Assembly (NCBI RefSeq): GCF_009914755.1
Contig: NC_060934.1
DNA length: 64,000 bases
Direction: 5' to 3' (one strand)
Source: the human T2T-CHM13v2.0 reference genome, Homo sapiens
Shown: positions 1 to 14,475 of the stretch, in pieces
How positions within the stretch are numbered: the stretch's first letter is position 1
Layout of the letters: each line of letters opens with the position of its first letter
Notes under the pieces: generated by a model
Databases searched by the model: none
Told to the model about the DNA's origin: nothing
Seen by the model: only the letters and a program-made list of their open reading frames with translations
Translations under genes and position numbers: made by a program

Positions 1-171
1 ACCCCCCGCCCCAGGGAACATTTGGCAATGTCTGGAGACTTTCAGATGTCACAACTGGAAGGTGCTACTAGCATCCAATAGGTAGAGACCAGGGAGGAGG
101 CTACGTATCCCACAATGCCAACAAAGCCCCCTATGACAAAGAACTATCCAGCCCAAAATGTCAATAGTGCC
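1..171 (+). mobile_element. MER20 (hAT-Charlie MITE), truncated by window start
   Basis: ccccagggaacatttggcaatgtctggagac...cccaaaatgtcaatagtgcc matches MER20 consensus. Confidence 0.85.
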
Positions 172-251
172 TACATTTAATGATCAAAACAAAACAAAAC
201 AGTAACAACAAAAAAACTTGCTTAAAGCAATTAAAATTCAAAAGCAAAATA

Positions 252-545
252 GACTGGGTGCAGTGGCTTGTGCCTGTAATCCCAACACTTTGGGAGGCCG
301 AGGCGGGTGGATCACTTGAGGTCAGGAGTTGAGACCAGCCTGGCCAACATACATGGTAAACCCCGTCTCTACCAAAAAATACAAAAGTTAGCCAGACGTG
401 GTGGTGTGCCCCCGTAGCAGCCTGATTCTCCCAGCTTACCTACTTGGGAGACTGAGTTGGGAGAATTGCTTGAACCCAGGAGGTGAAGGTGAGCTGAGAT
501 CTCACCACTGCGCTCCAGAGTAAGACTCTGTCTCAAAAAAAAAAA
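252..545 (+). mobile_element. Alu (S-type) with rearranged right-arm start
   Basis: Alu dimer, A-tail, TSD aaagcaaaataga on both sides. Confidence 0.95.
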
Positions 546-949
546 GCAAAATAGATGAGAGAAGATATCAGACTAAAGAAAAGCTGTCCCAAGTCTTCCC
601 TTTAAAAAAAATTCAGTAAGGATGGGAGAGATTCTACTAAGGAATGAATAACCCGAGCACAACTCACTGACAGCAAATATTCCCGGCATCCCTACCCCTC
701 TTCTTTCAGCTTATCCAAATTGGCTCTCCTTATTGTGCAGCTTAGTTCAAGTCAGACCTTGGGAATCCTTTATAACCTCACTGCCTTAAAATTCATTGAT
801 AATTTCTCCCATGGTTTTCCCATTTCCCAAATTCACAGAACTTACTCTGAGGATTATTTTTGATAATGCTTATAACTCATTTTATCCTTTACCTGGTCCT
901 TGATAAATATTTTTTAAATGTAACATATGTACTAACATATGTACTAACT

Positions 950-1120
950 ACCACATTGCACTGAATCAGTTTAAGATGTAACATTATTTTATATACCACT
1001 AAAAATGAAAAGATGCTGCCAATTAGGCTGCCAAATAGTAAATCATTATCACTTATTAGATGCATCCCAATAATACAGACATAAAATGTGAAAAATACTA
1101 CCTTAGAAGCAATAATATAT
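950..1120 (-). mobile_element. MER104-like TcMar MITE
   Basis: cattattttatataccactaa...gctgccaatta...gatgcatccc...aaaatgtgaaaaa resembles reverse complement of MER104. Confidence 0.6.
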
Positions 1121-1294
1121 AATTTTATTACTCCTTTAGCATTTACTATGTATTTTCACAATCATTGCATGGAAATAGATCTTATCTCTTTAAGCAGTTG
1201 AAAATCCCATTAAAAGCCTATACATCTTATATTTCTCTGCTCATCCCCAGCACCAAGATCAGCACTAGAGCCTTAGAATCAGTGGTGGAAAAGT

Positions 1295-1490
1295 AGTAAT
1301 GATAATAGCACTTTACATGCCATGTAGCATGGTAGCATTATTATTACCCCTTTTAGTAAATGAGGAAAGCAAAGTGATAGAATGTGCCCAAGGTCACCAA
1401 GCAGGTGGGTGTGCGGCAGAACCTCAGTTCACGTAGCCAGTTCTTTTCATTGCAGAGGCCAGGTTCCCAATGTCTATGCTGCTCTGCCCT
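1295..1490 (-). mobile_element. MIR fragment
   Basis: attattaccccttttagtaaatgaggaaa...gcccaaggtcac core-like sequence. Confidence 0.6.
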
Positions 1491-1599
1491 CAGAAATGTG
1501 GGCAAAAAAGCTACAATGGGCAGGTTTAGGATAGGAGACACTGACCATATGGTGCTTTTTGGACATACCCATGTGAGTTTTCATTTTACAGCAAGGTTT

Positions 1600-2322
<723 letters not shown>

Positions 2323-4082
2323 GTTTTATCCTCACAAACAGGGCCATTAGCAATAGCAACCAAAAACTAAGCCAAAATTGTTTGTTTACAACTTTAAGCC
2401 ACTAGAGGGCAAGTATTAATAATCCTCCTCCACAAACGAATGATGTCTAATAAATATGCTCTGAATGTGATGATGCCTTTGGTCACCCCATAGCAAATAG
2501 TTTCTTTTAAAGGTTGCCACAAGTATGAAATTTTGTGGGCACTCTTTAGATTAAGGACCTACAAGGCTTTAATTTTAAAATCATTGACAAGATATTACAT
2601 CAATATTAAGAAACATTTCAGTAAAGAATAGTACAATAAATTCCGTCTTCCAATTCCCTTCTCCCATATTCTAATGTCGTAATTTTTCCCATAGGCTTAT
2701 CCATTCTATATGATTGTGTACATGGCTCAATTCATATTCTGCTCTTTCATACAATCTATCATAAGCTTCTTTCCAACTTTCTGTGCCAACCGTCAAAACC
2801 ATGCCAACATAGTATTTTCTCCTGCATTTGGTTATTAAAGCATTTCCATCATGTTAAATGTTTGGAATTTCTACTTTGTTAGCTTACAAGTTGAGTTGAG
2901 TTTCCCGTTATTGTAAATAGCACCATTACGACCAAGCAGTGAACGGCAAAGAGACTTATTTCTGTGGATTTATTTATTTAGTAACTATCCTTAGGTATGG
3001 GATTATTGAGTCAAATCATATGAACATCTCTATGTTCATGAGATGATTTCTTAATAGTTCAACAGTATAAAACAGAGATCCCCATATTGAATTATTTCAT
3101 TGTCCTGGAAAAAAAGGGGAGAAGGAGCAAAAAATTATAGAATAATAATAGTCGGCATTTACATCACACCTTATACTTTTCAAAGTGCCTTTGCAAATGG
3201 AAATAAAATACTACTTCGCCAAGCTGTAAACAACTGACTTTCTTAGGGACACAGTTACTGAAAGAGCTCATGAATAACTCAAGTGTGTTTAAGAGAGACT
3301 ATCACAAGATCAAACAATGTTTGTTAAATTAAGAGATAAAGTCTGTCAAGGAAAAAAAACTAAGGTGCCTGTAGATTATTTAAGTGAAATATTGATCAGA
3401 TTGATCACAAGCATGCTAAAGGCATAACTACATCTGTCATGTAAACTCCACTTAGTTCATAAAGTATTGAACGGGAACAGTAATTGTTTTCCTGTTAATG
3501 AGGCTGTAGACTGTTCTCAGAGTGACTCACTTATTATTTAGTTTATTTCGAAATGGAGGGTGGCTCACCAGCATTCAGCTAAATTGGATAGATTACTACC
3601 ACCACCACCAACAACAACAACCTCCAAAGTTGGGCTTCTGTCCAAAATATGCAATGGAGCTCTCACCAAAAACCAAAACGAAACAATTCTTTGAGTCATA
3701 AGTAGGCCAAACTACTCAAACCCACCAGTTACTATTTCCCTTCACTTAATTTTTGTAACATAACCCATAACTTAAAATCATCCTAAAGGAAGATTTTTGT
3801 TTTTAAGTAAGGTTAAAAATTAACCAAATAAGCTTGTGAATTATATGAAATAAGATTTTCCTATATCTGTTTCTAAGCAAGCTCTACAAGATGACACATT
3901 ATAATGGTGGAAAAGTGACAGGACCCACAACATGGTTTGGGATTGATCCCCTGGATGATGGATGAGCTTTCTCTGTTACTGTGCATAAAACTTCCCTCTA
4001 CTCTGTATACCAAGTACAAGTTTCCAAAAGGACCTTGTTCTTATCCTCTTCACAAGTCCTAGCATATCTGCTTAAAATACCT

Positions 4083-4687
4083 AGCCCTGCCAAAAGTTGG
4101 AAGAATCTAAGATGGCCTTCAGCAGGTGAATGGTTAATAAACTGTGGTACATCCAGACAGTGGGATATTATTTAGTGCTGAAGAGAAATGAGCTATCAAG
4201 CCATGAAAAAACATGAAGTAACCTTAGATGCATATCACTAAGCAAAAGAAGTCAATCTGAAAAGGTTATATACTGTATGGTCCCAACTATACGACATTCT
4301 GGAAAAGACAAACCTGTAGAGACAGTCAAAAGACAGTGGTTTCAAGGGCTGAGGGAGGAGGAAGGGATGAGTAGGCAGAGCACAGAGGATTTTTAGCACA
4401 GTGAAACTACTCTGTAGGATACTACAATGGGGGATACATGTCATTATACATTTGTCCAAACCCACAGAATGTACACCACCAGGAGTGAATCCTAATGTAA
4501 ACTACAGACTCTGGGTGATAAAGATGTGTCATTGTAGGTTCCTCAGTTGTAACAATTGTACTTAATGGGGGAGTCTACACCTTGGTGGGGTCAGAGCGTG
4601 TATGGGAATTCTCTCTATCTTATGCTCAATTTTTGCTGTAAACCTAAAATTGCTCTAAAAAATAAAATCTATTAAAAAAAAACAAAA
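4083..4687 (+). mobile_element. L1MC-like 3' end
   Basis: ggtgaatggttaataaactgtggtacatcc...aataaaatctattaaaaaa L1M 3'UTR and A-tail. Confidence 0.85.
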
Positions 4688-4699
4688 ACCTTATCCCCA

Positions 4700-4900
4700 C
4701 CTTCTTCACCTAGCTAAAGCTACCTGCCCTTCAAAATGTAGCTCGTGGGTCACCTCCTAGCTAATGTTCACTTTCTCATGTCTTCCTCGTCTTGACCTTC
4801 AGCCGCTTGAGGGCAAGGACCTTGTTTCATCTGTCTTTGGATCCCCGGATCTAAGCACAAGCACATAGTAGAGGCTCAGTAAATGTTAGCTAAATGAATA
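4700..4900 (+). mobile_element. L2 3' end
   Basis: cttgagggcaaggacc...cacatagtagaggctcagtaaatgttagctaaatgaat. Confidence 0.7.
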
Positions 4901-5239
4901 TGTGAGAGAAGTTTTTTCCAGCCAGCTCTAGTTTGGCGAAGAAAATATCTAGTTGGCCTTTGTAATTAGCCACATACAGAGATGCATCAGAAAAGGACAG
5001 AAAACCTCCCTAAACTAACTAACTAACTAAATAATAAATAAATAAAATCAGCATTCTACCATATTCCAGAAGTCTGTGGGATCCTTTTATCAATAATGTG
5101 TTAAAATCCAAGCATGCTATAGCCCAAAACAGAGTTTAAAAAAAAAAAAAAAAAACAACTCTATGAATCCTGCTTTCACTTCAAGCCCCCAAATGATTAA
5201 GAACAGGAAAAAAATCAAAGCTCTTGTTTAAACCAGGTG

Positions 5240-5780
5240 AAAATCGCATTCAAGAGCTCCCTCCGCCTTGCTTTCTGCCCACACAGTGCAGAAGTGTATA
5301 AAGTGCTGGATTGTGGAGAAAGCCTCACCGTGGTTCCAACCATGGAGAAAAAAGAAACTCCCTTGGCTCCGATTTACATAGTCACAAAACAAAACCCAAC
5401 ATGACAGACATAAAGGGCATATACATAGAGGAGAGTAAGAACCTGAGAACCCCGTTGGCAAAGCGGCATCCGCCTAACGCAGGGTTTGAAATGAGTAATT
5501 TGTAGCTAAGAGGTAGCGCTGTCATGCAAGGCATCGGCTGTAGCTTTCCTCCCACCCCTCCAGAAAATAGTTTTGAAAATACTTCCAATTTAGGGCAGTC
5601 TAGCATACACAAAAGCAAACAATCAGTTCCTGAGAAAGTGCTTTCTGGGAGCGTCTCCATGCAGCACAGGTGAGAAGACAAGGTTAACTATAGGTAGACA
5701 GGCAACAAGGGTTTCATTTCGTGTCACTCTCTGCCTTTATTATGCATTATCCTTTCGGCCCAAAACTTCTGATCGCCCTC
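5240..5780. promoter_or_regulatory. Candidate regulatory element (unique sequence, CpG-retaining)
   Basis: About 14 CpGs in ~540 bp of non-repeat DNA; TATAAAG at 5297; donor-like CAG|GTGAG at 5669/5670. Confidence 0.3.
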
Positions 5781-6490
5781 ACCCCTTAAAGGACATCATT
5801 GCTGAAAGGAGTTTGGGGAAGAATTAGCAGTCATCTTTTCACCCTCCAACAATGACATCTTTCTCACAGGTTGTTGCAAGGCTTCCAAGTAATGTAAAGT
5901 GTACATAGAGAGCCTGGCACATAAAAGGTACAAGTAGCAGATGTAAAAGATCAAAAGCAGGGCTTGTCACTACTGAGGTGAGGTGGGGTGGGGTGGCAAC
6001 ATGTGGGCCACTGGACCCAGCCCTCACTTACAAATATGGCATCTAATTTAGACTTCTGAAGTCATCTCTGAATAAGGTTATACATACAATTTACAGATAT
6101 AAACCAAGAGATGGAAAGAAGTTCTTTTACCAACTTTCAAATTGTTGCATAACTGGATCATATCACCCGTATTGTCCTCTTTCTATAAATCCTAAAATTG
6201 TATTAAGGCTGGCACAATATATTACAATGCAATGTATTTTTATATTAAAAGTGGTGATTTGTTAGGTATAAATGTTTGCAATACAAAAATATGGAGCAAT
6301 TTATGTAACTCTGCTTCTGGCATTTTCCATCTTTAAAAATTTACTATGAAGCAAAAAAAAAAAGAAAAAAGAAAAAAAAAGAAAGTGGCCTGGTTCTCTC
6401 ATAATCTCTGAGATCCAGATTGGAGAACTGTAGTTTCTGGGTCTTTCTTGAAAGAGATTAGCAAATGCATAACCAGCAATCTGTCTATAT

Positions 6491-6815
6491 TAGTGCTGTC
6501 TCCTAGAAATTTATAATGCAAACCACAAATATTAGCTACATATGTGATTTTAAATTTCCTTCTAATCACATTTCAAGAAATAAAATGACACGGGGAAATT
6601 AATTGTAATAATATATTCTGTTAAAATATATTTAAGATATCATTTTAAGTGCTATCAATAAAAACTTATTAATGTAATATTTTTACTTTTTTTTGTACAA
6701 AGTCTACAATCTGGTGTGTACTTTATAACCTACAGCACACCTCAATTTGAACTCACCACATTTCAAATGCTCAGTAGTCATGTGTGGCTAATGACTACTA
6801 CATTGGACAGCACAG
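6491..6815. mobile_element. MER33-like hAT-Charlie MITE
   Basis: Terminal inverted repeats (tagtgctgtc.../...ggacagcacag), ~325 bp, cacatttcaaatgctcagtagtcatgtgtggcta motif. Confidence 0.8.
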
Positions 6816-7317
6816 ATCAAAAAAACCATAATCTGCAGAATTTTCCCTTCAGGTTTATTTGTATAAGTGATGTCTGGGCACTTGCCATTTTAATGGTTAA
6901 CAGTGGCATTTAAAAGAAGGCAGTTAAAAAAAAGATGTAAGAGATGGCAACTGACACCTAGTGGACCTGAAATGAACATTTTTAGCAAGAAAATCAACTA
7001 AGAATCCATAATTTAACAAAAATGTAAGAAAAAGAAATATTTTCTCATTTCTGATAGTCTTCCCAGGCCATGACTCCCTCCGTGGAAAATGTTCTGTGAA
7101 CATTTCTGCAACAAGAAGCCAACTTTGAAAAAACTCAGAGATTCTGAACTGACTATGATTCTGGAATACACAAAATAAATAAAATTCCATGAGCAAACGA
7201 TAAAGTGCTTTATTAGAAAGAACTCTGGACTTGAGCTCCTCACCTCAGTTTCATGAAAGCAATCCATTTCTACCTGTCTCAAATATTAAGTTTCTGCATA
7301 AAAGTTCATTTGAATAT

Positions 7318-7617
7318 GGCTGAGCATGGTGGTTCATGCCTGTAATCCCAGCACTTTGGGAGGCTGAGGCAGGCAGATCATTTGAGCTCAGGAGTTCCAG
7401 ACCAGCCTGGCCAACATGGTGAAACCCTATCTCTACTAAAAATACAAAAATTAGCTGGGCATGGTAGTGCATGCTGGTAGTGCTCCAGCTACTCAGGAGG
7501 CTGAGGCAGGAGAATCACTTGAACCCAGGAGGAGGAGGTTACAGTAAGCCTAGATTACACCACTACACTCCAGCCTGGGCAACAGAGCAAGACTCCATCT
7601 CAAACAAAACAAAACAA
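7318..7617 (+). mobile_element. AluS
   Basis: Alu dimer; TSD aagtt(ca/tg)tttgaata. Confidence 0.95.
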
Positions 7618-7727
7618 GTTTGTTTGAATAAAAACAGTTCCTAGTGGAGTAGAAAAGAAAGGGAAAAACCATTGGACAAAATGATCTCCTGGCTATTTGA
7701 AATAAGTTGAACTTACATTTTCACTCA

Positions 7728-7950
7728 TATGACATTCTGGAAAAGGAAAAACTGCAGGGATAGAAGTCAAATCAGTGGCTGCCAGGGACTGGGGGAGGGA
7801 CTAGGGATGAAGAAAGAACTGATTACGGAGAGGAACAGGGAGCTTTTTCGAGTAATGAAAATCTTCCACATGTTTATTTTGGTGCTCTACACCTAAAAAG
7901 TGTGTCTTTCTTGTATATAAACTATATCACAATATACATGACCCCATAAA
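7728..7950 (+). mobile_element. L1M 3' fragment
   Basis: tatgacattctggaaaaggaaaaact...atcagtggctgccaggg. Confidence 0.7.
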
Positions 7951-8119
7951 ATGACGTCTCTAAGCCCCCTTTGTCTCTAACTGCTAGAAATCTTGGGGAT
8001 GTCAGCTCTCAGGCAGAATGTATGAAATGCAATTTGAACACTTAGACTGTCATTGCTTATTTTTTAGCTTTGTTACTGGGCACTTGTGGGCTTTTATCCT
8101 TAAGTTTATATCCCTTTGT

Positions 8120-8708
8120 TTTGTCAGTAACATCCCATTTCCTTTTGAGGAATTAATTCTCCATCAAATGCTATCTTGGTGAGACTGTCAGTGCAATCCT
8201 CTCCTACCCAAGAAATAGGCATGTGACCCTAGCTTTGCCAACTACGACCTCTTTTCCAAGACTTCAAGTCTTCATAATGAAGGGAACAATTATGTCCTTT
8301 TGAGAAATGTGTCTTGATTGCTGTCACCTAGACCTCCAAAGCAGCCCTTGCTCTTGTCTCTTTCTGATTCTGTTTCCTAGACAACTTCAACCCTTCCATT
8401 TCTGTATCAGAATAATACAGAATAATGCATAATGGCTCATCAGAATAATACAGAATAATGCATAATGGCTCATCCAGTATCATCTCTAAGCCCTCTGGCA
8501 TCTCTTCTTGTACTATAGAGGCTAGAAATTAAAACTACATTTCCCAGAGTCCCTTGCAGCTAGAGTTCATATGTGACTAGAGTTCACAGGAGATTGGGAA
8601 GACAGTTCTGAGTTGCATGAGATGGTAGCTTCACATAGGAGGTAAGGTCATCTTGGGTAACTTGGGTAGAAGTTCTGTTATTTGTAACCCAAGAATCCTA
8701 CTAATACA
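8120..8708. mobile_element. Old ERVL LTR remnants (LTR33/LTR16-like)
   Basis: ctacatttcccagagtcccttgcagctag and gcatgtgacc motifs; ends aatcctactaataca. Confidence 0.55.
8406..8474. repeat. Perfect 33-bp tandem duplication
   Basis: atcagaataatacagaataatgcataatggctc x2. Confidence 0.95.
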
Positions 8709-8814
8709 TCTAGTCATCAAGTAATTCAGTAAATTATCGTTGGACATCTGCTATGTGCCAAGTACTATATTAGAACCTGGGGATATAAAGATGATAGAAA
8801 CAGTATCCATGCCT

Positions 8815-9145
8815 TACACACAACCACATGGATGAATCTTAAAGACACCATGTTGAGAGAAAGAAGCCAGACTCAAAAATGTACATCCAATATGATTCCA
8901 TTTATATGAGGTTCAAGAAAAAGCCAAATAAATCTATGATAGAAGTCACAGATTATGACAGATGTCAGAAGAGTGGTCACCTCTGAGGATGGGATATTTG
9001 ACTAAGAAGAGGCCTAGAGAAGTTTTCTGGGGTTTTGGAAATGCTGTGTGGCTTCATCGGGGTGGAAATGTAAAAAAAATCCTCAGGCTGTACACTAAAT
9101 ATTAGTGCATTTTAGGAATATTATATGTAAATTAAAAGAATTTTA
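8815..9145 (+). mobile_element. L1M 3' fragment
   Basis: caaccacatggatgaatctt...aagaagccagactcaaaa...tatgattccatttatatga. Confidence 0.75.
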
Positions 9146-9402
9146 AGAAGCCCATAACCTAGCTGGAGAGCCAAGCATCATTTAGAAAACTCAAATATAG
9201 ATGATAAGGCTGAGAGACGGGGATTAGATCCTATTAAGTTACAGAGAAGCAAGACATGATGAGCTCTCCTTAAAGCAGGCATGTCAGTGGCAATCAAGGA
9301 AGGTAACTTGTGGGTAGACTGAAAAGGTCCTTAAATGCCAAGAAAATAAAAATATTTTTAACACAATTATCATTCATCTTTCTTTTGGAACAGGAAGCTA
9401 AA

Positions 9403-9695
9403 TTTTTCTTGAGATGGGGTCTTGCTCTGTTGTCCAGGCTAGAGTGCAGTGGCACAATCACAGCTCACTGAACCCTCAAACTCCTGGGCTCAAGTGATAC
9501 TCCTGCCTGAGCCTCCTGAGTAGCTAGGACTACAGGCGTGTGCCACCACACCTGGCTCATTTTTTAAAAAATATTTTGTAGAGACGGGGTCTTGCTATGT
9601 TGCTGAAGCTGGTCTCAAACCCTCGGCTTCAAGTGATCCTCCCGCCTTGGACTCCCAAAGCATTGGGATTAAGGCATGAGCCACCATGCCTGGCC
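9403..9695 (-). mobile_element. AluJ
   Basis: Reverse Alu with J-type tcacagctcactg/ctcaagtgat. Confidence 0.95.
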
Positions 9696-11031
9696 AAAAT
9701 GCTAATTTTTTTAAAGAGAGAAAAACTAATTTTATTCTCATCTTATGTCTTTCCCAGGCTTTTACAGAATATAATATCCTTCTATGAATTATTTAAAGTA
9801 TCCTGTATTCAAACTGCTAGTCAAAAAATAAAATTTTTAATTAAAAAAATACAAAAATAACTATATAAAACCTTTGTGCTCACTGGAGCATAAAAAAAAA
9901 AAAACAACAGCAACAAACGCTGAAACTAGTTTTGCTTTTGATTTTCCAATTTAAGGTTTTCTTAAGGCAATCTTGAAGGTTTAGAACCCAAAGAAAATAA
10001 GAATTTTATTTACCATTATTGGAAGTCTCCCATCCTTTCTACTTAATTCTTAAATGATTACTGTGTAATCCCCAAACTCAGATGAATGTCAGGTGGACCT
10101 AGAAATTGACCTTTAAAGAGGTTTCAGTATAATCATAAACAAAATTAAAGTGCTGCTTGATGAATAAAAAGTAACTTTTAGGCATCTTTTTTTGTCTGTC
10201 CTATATTTTTAACAAACTACTCCCAATTTATGCGTGCTTGTCCTTTTACTTCATTAAGAGCATATACTGCATTTAAAGACTATGAACTGTTTAAGTCTGT
10301 TTTAAAACACGACAAGATATCAGCACATAAACAGATTTTAGTGGTACTTTGTTCCCACTCACAGAAATACCTGCAGCATTTTGATTGCCCATGTATATGT
10401 AAAGTTGCCTCACATCCTGGGAGTAAGGAAAGGATGCTTACCAACTAGATTTTGCAGAAATGAAAGGATTGTTGCAAAACTCTGTAAAGAAGGTATCTCA
10501 ACAACATACACAAATAAACATGTATATGGTGTTTACAGAAGAAGCGGGGCTGGGAGAGGAAAAAAATATAATATTGCAACAGTTTTTTTTTTAATGATTA
10601 AAATTGCAAGTAAACTGTGTTTAGGCTACAACTGTAGGTTTCTGAATCGCAGTCTAATTTTGGCTTTTTTTAAATAATGGAATTGTGAAATACAGATCAA
10701 ATGCCATTTCAACAAATATAATTACAATACATGACAAATTCCAGTTAATACTTCACAGAAACAACAAGACACCCAGCAAAATAAAATAATTTAAACAGCC
10801 CCTTGGAGTTTATTCAATAATTCAACTCTTCATTCAATGACTATTCATTATGTAACTATTAAGTACGAAGCATTGCACTAGGAACTAAGGAAACAATGAG
10901 TAGAATACAGTACTTTCTCTTGAAGATCTTACAGAGCAATGACAGAGAAAGACATAAATGAATGATTACAGTAATGAGGAAATAATATCTTAGAGTCACA
11001 CACAGGGTATGAATGTACAGAGGAGAGTGTG

Positions 11032-11420
11032 TGTCTTAGTCTGTTTTCTGCTGCTATAACAGAATACCATAGATGGTAATTTATACAGAAAAGAGATTTA
11101 TTTGGCTCACTGTTTTGGAGGCTGGGAAGTCCAACAGGCTATATCTGGTGAGGGCCTTCTTGTTGTGTTATAACATGGCTGAAGAGCAAATGAGCATGCA
11201 AGCATGCAAGACAGAGAAAAAATGGCCTGAATTCATCCTTCTTATCAGAAACCCACTCCCATGATAACTAACTCACTCCTGTGCTAACTGAATTAATCCC
11301 TTCATGACAGCCAACCCCTTGGGGTCTAATCATCTCTTAAAGCCCCACCTCTTGATATTATTACAATGGCAATTGAGTTTCCAACACATAAACTTTCAGA
11401 GATACATTCAAACCATAACA
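11032..11420 (-). mobile_element. MST-family (MSTB/C-like) MaLR solo LTR
   Basis: tgtcttagtctgttttctgctgctataacagaatacc...cattcaaaccataaca. Confidence 0.85.
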
Positions 11421-11646
11421 CCATAGCTACCTCTGCTGGGGCATCATCAAAGGAGACATGATTGACTTTACTCTTTAAAGATATAGGGGAGTTTCAGGTA
11501 GGAGGGGAGGCAAGGGAGAAGAGCCACAAGAGATGAGGTTGGAGAGCTAGGCTGGAATCAGGTCCTAAAGGGCTTGATGTCTTGCTGAGGACTGTGGATT
11601 TGCTATAGTAGGCCAAAGGAAGCCAGTGAAGAATATTCAGGAACTT

Positions 11647-11940
11647 GGCCGGGTGCAGTGGCTCATGCCTGTAATCCCAGCACTTGGGAGGCCAAGGCAG
11701 GTGGATTACTTGAGATCAGGAATTGGAGATCAGCCTGGCCAACATGATGACACCCCGTCTCTACTGAAAATACAAAAATTAGCTGGGTGTCATGGCTGTA
11801 ATCCCAGCCACTTGGGAGGCTGAAGCATGAAAATCTACTTGAACCCGGGAGACAGAGGGAGACAGAGTGAGCTGAGATTATGCCAGTGCACTCCAGCCTG
11901 GGTGATAGAGTGAGACTCTGTCACAAAAAAAAAAAAAAAA
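11647..11940 (+). mobile_element. AluS
   Basis: Alu dimer, A-tail, TSD-like attcaggaact/attcagggact. Confidence 0.95.
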
Positions 11941-13520
11941 TTCAGGGACTGAGTCAGGTGTGTATTTCCGTAAGAATCATTACTGCCCCAGCATGGATGA
12001 TGGGTGGTATGGATGAAACTAGAGGCAGGGAAGCCAATTAGGAGGTTGCAGTGGTTATCCAAACAAGAATCATGAGGACCAGAAGAAATAGGGAAGTAGG
12101 CACAGTTCTGAGAACTATTTGGAAGTTTCAGATTGACTATTTTGGGGAGACAGAGATCTCCAAAATATCTGAAGTTTTCAGCTTGACTGACTGAGTAGAT
12201 GGTGATTTTATTAAAATTAAAATAAAAACAGAGGAGGAGGAGCCATTTTGGAGAAGAGAAGGCAAGTTTGGTTTTGTAACCAAATAATGAGCAGGAATTG
12301 ACTATAAGACATCCAGACAGAGGTCAAGTAGGCAGTTGAATATACAGAACTGGAATCAGGTTAGCCTGATTATTTTGGTTCTCATTTTTTGCAAAGAAAA
12401 CAAGAGCCCCTGAAAGTACAATCCTTGATGTCTCTTAGAATAAATTATTGATAAACTAATGTTCTCTTCTTCTTAGGACTCTGTTATCAAACTATATAAT
12501 TTGTTTAAAAGGGTGGAGATATTCACTGCTTCTCAGAGCTGTCAGCTTAAGGCCAAGTCTTCATAATTCCATAAGAAATTATTCATATTTTTTTTCAAAA
12601 GAAAGGAGATGAGAAATGAGATAATATATTAAAGGAAATCAAATAAATTTACAATAAAAGATCATTAGGAAATGAAATCTTGTCAGCCTGGATAAATGGG
12701 CCAGATTATTATATTTAAGTCAAACTAAATTACTGTCCATGTATCTATTAAAGCATTTATAAGTGTCGAAAATCAAAATGTTAGGATCCTGACTCTAAGT
12801 GTAAAATCAAAGTGATTTTGATAAGTTTAAACAATCTTTTACTGTGAAGAAAAGGCAATTTAAAATCAGAAAACTATATAAGTATCATAGGAAGGTATAT
12901 AGATTCCTTTTCTTAAACATTGCCAATGATTTGGGAGGCTAAAAAAAAAAGTTAGAGACATTATTTGCACAATTAAGCATGACAATCAGATGATCTTAGC
13001 TCCAAATAACCAATTATGAAATTTTTTAAGCTGGCAAAGTCTTATATTTTCTTCTTAAAGAACCAAGAGGAAGCTGCTGAGATAAATTCAACTTGTATAG
13101 AGAAAAGCAATCTGCTACGTGTGTGTGTGTCCATCTCTCTCTATCTGTCCAACAGAAAACTTAAGTCATTATTGCTCTTTTTTAATGAGATTCTGTCTAA
13201 CCAGACTCTCAGTTAAGCAATTAAGCAGATATTGTTTACTCTCATTTGTAAGAGAAAGGGACCAAAGATAAGAAAAGCATGTACATGTATATGTTGTCGC
13301 TGTTCTTGAATTGCATTGAATCCATTGAGATTTCCCAAGGATGACTCTCAGACACCAGAGAAAACTTTAATTCTGGATGCTGAATGATACGTTCACCTGC
13401 ACCTGCTTACCAAACCTGGAAGGGTGGGAAAAGCACCTATGTCACTTGAGCCATTCATGTTTTGGGTTCTCTCATGTGCGAAAAGATAACTGGACTAGAT
13501 GATCTCCATAGAAGTGATGA

Positions 13521-13900
<380 letters not shown>

Positions 13901-13938
13901 AAGATAACTGGACTAGATGATCTCCATAGAAGTGATGA

Positions 13939-14308
<370 letters not shown>

Positions 14309-14311
14309 GAG

Positions 14312-14475
14312 AAGTGTTTTTCAAACACAGATCACCAGACCCTTCCACAAATCTATAAATCAGAAACTTTGGTGGGGAAAGGAAGTTTGTTCTGTTTGTT
14401 TTGTTTTGTTTTGTTTTTTTAAGCTCTTCAGGTGAATCCAATGACCAAATAATCACATTGGGGAACCATAGCACT
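14312..14475. mobile_element. MER5-like MITE
   Basis: agtgtttttcaaac...aaatcagaaact...ttaagctcttcaggtgaatcc...gggaaccatag. Confidence 0.55.

Larger units (their letters stand above)
10830..12360 (-). mobile_element. L2 fragment(s) hosting an MST LTR and an Alu
   Basis: cattcaatgactattcatt... tail; ggaagccaattaggaggttgcagtggttatccaa; gacatccagacagaggtcaagtaggcagttg. Confidence 0.7.
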
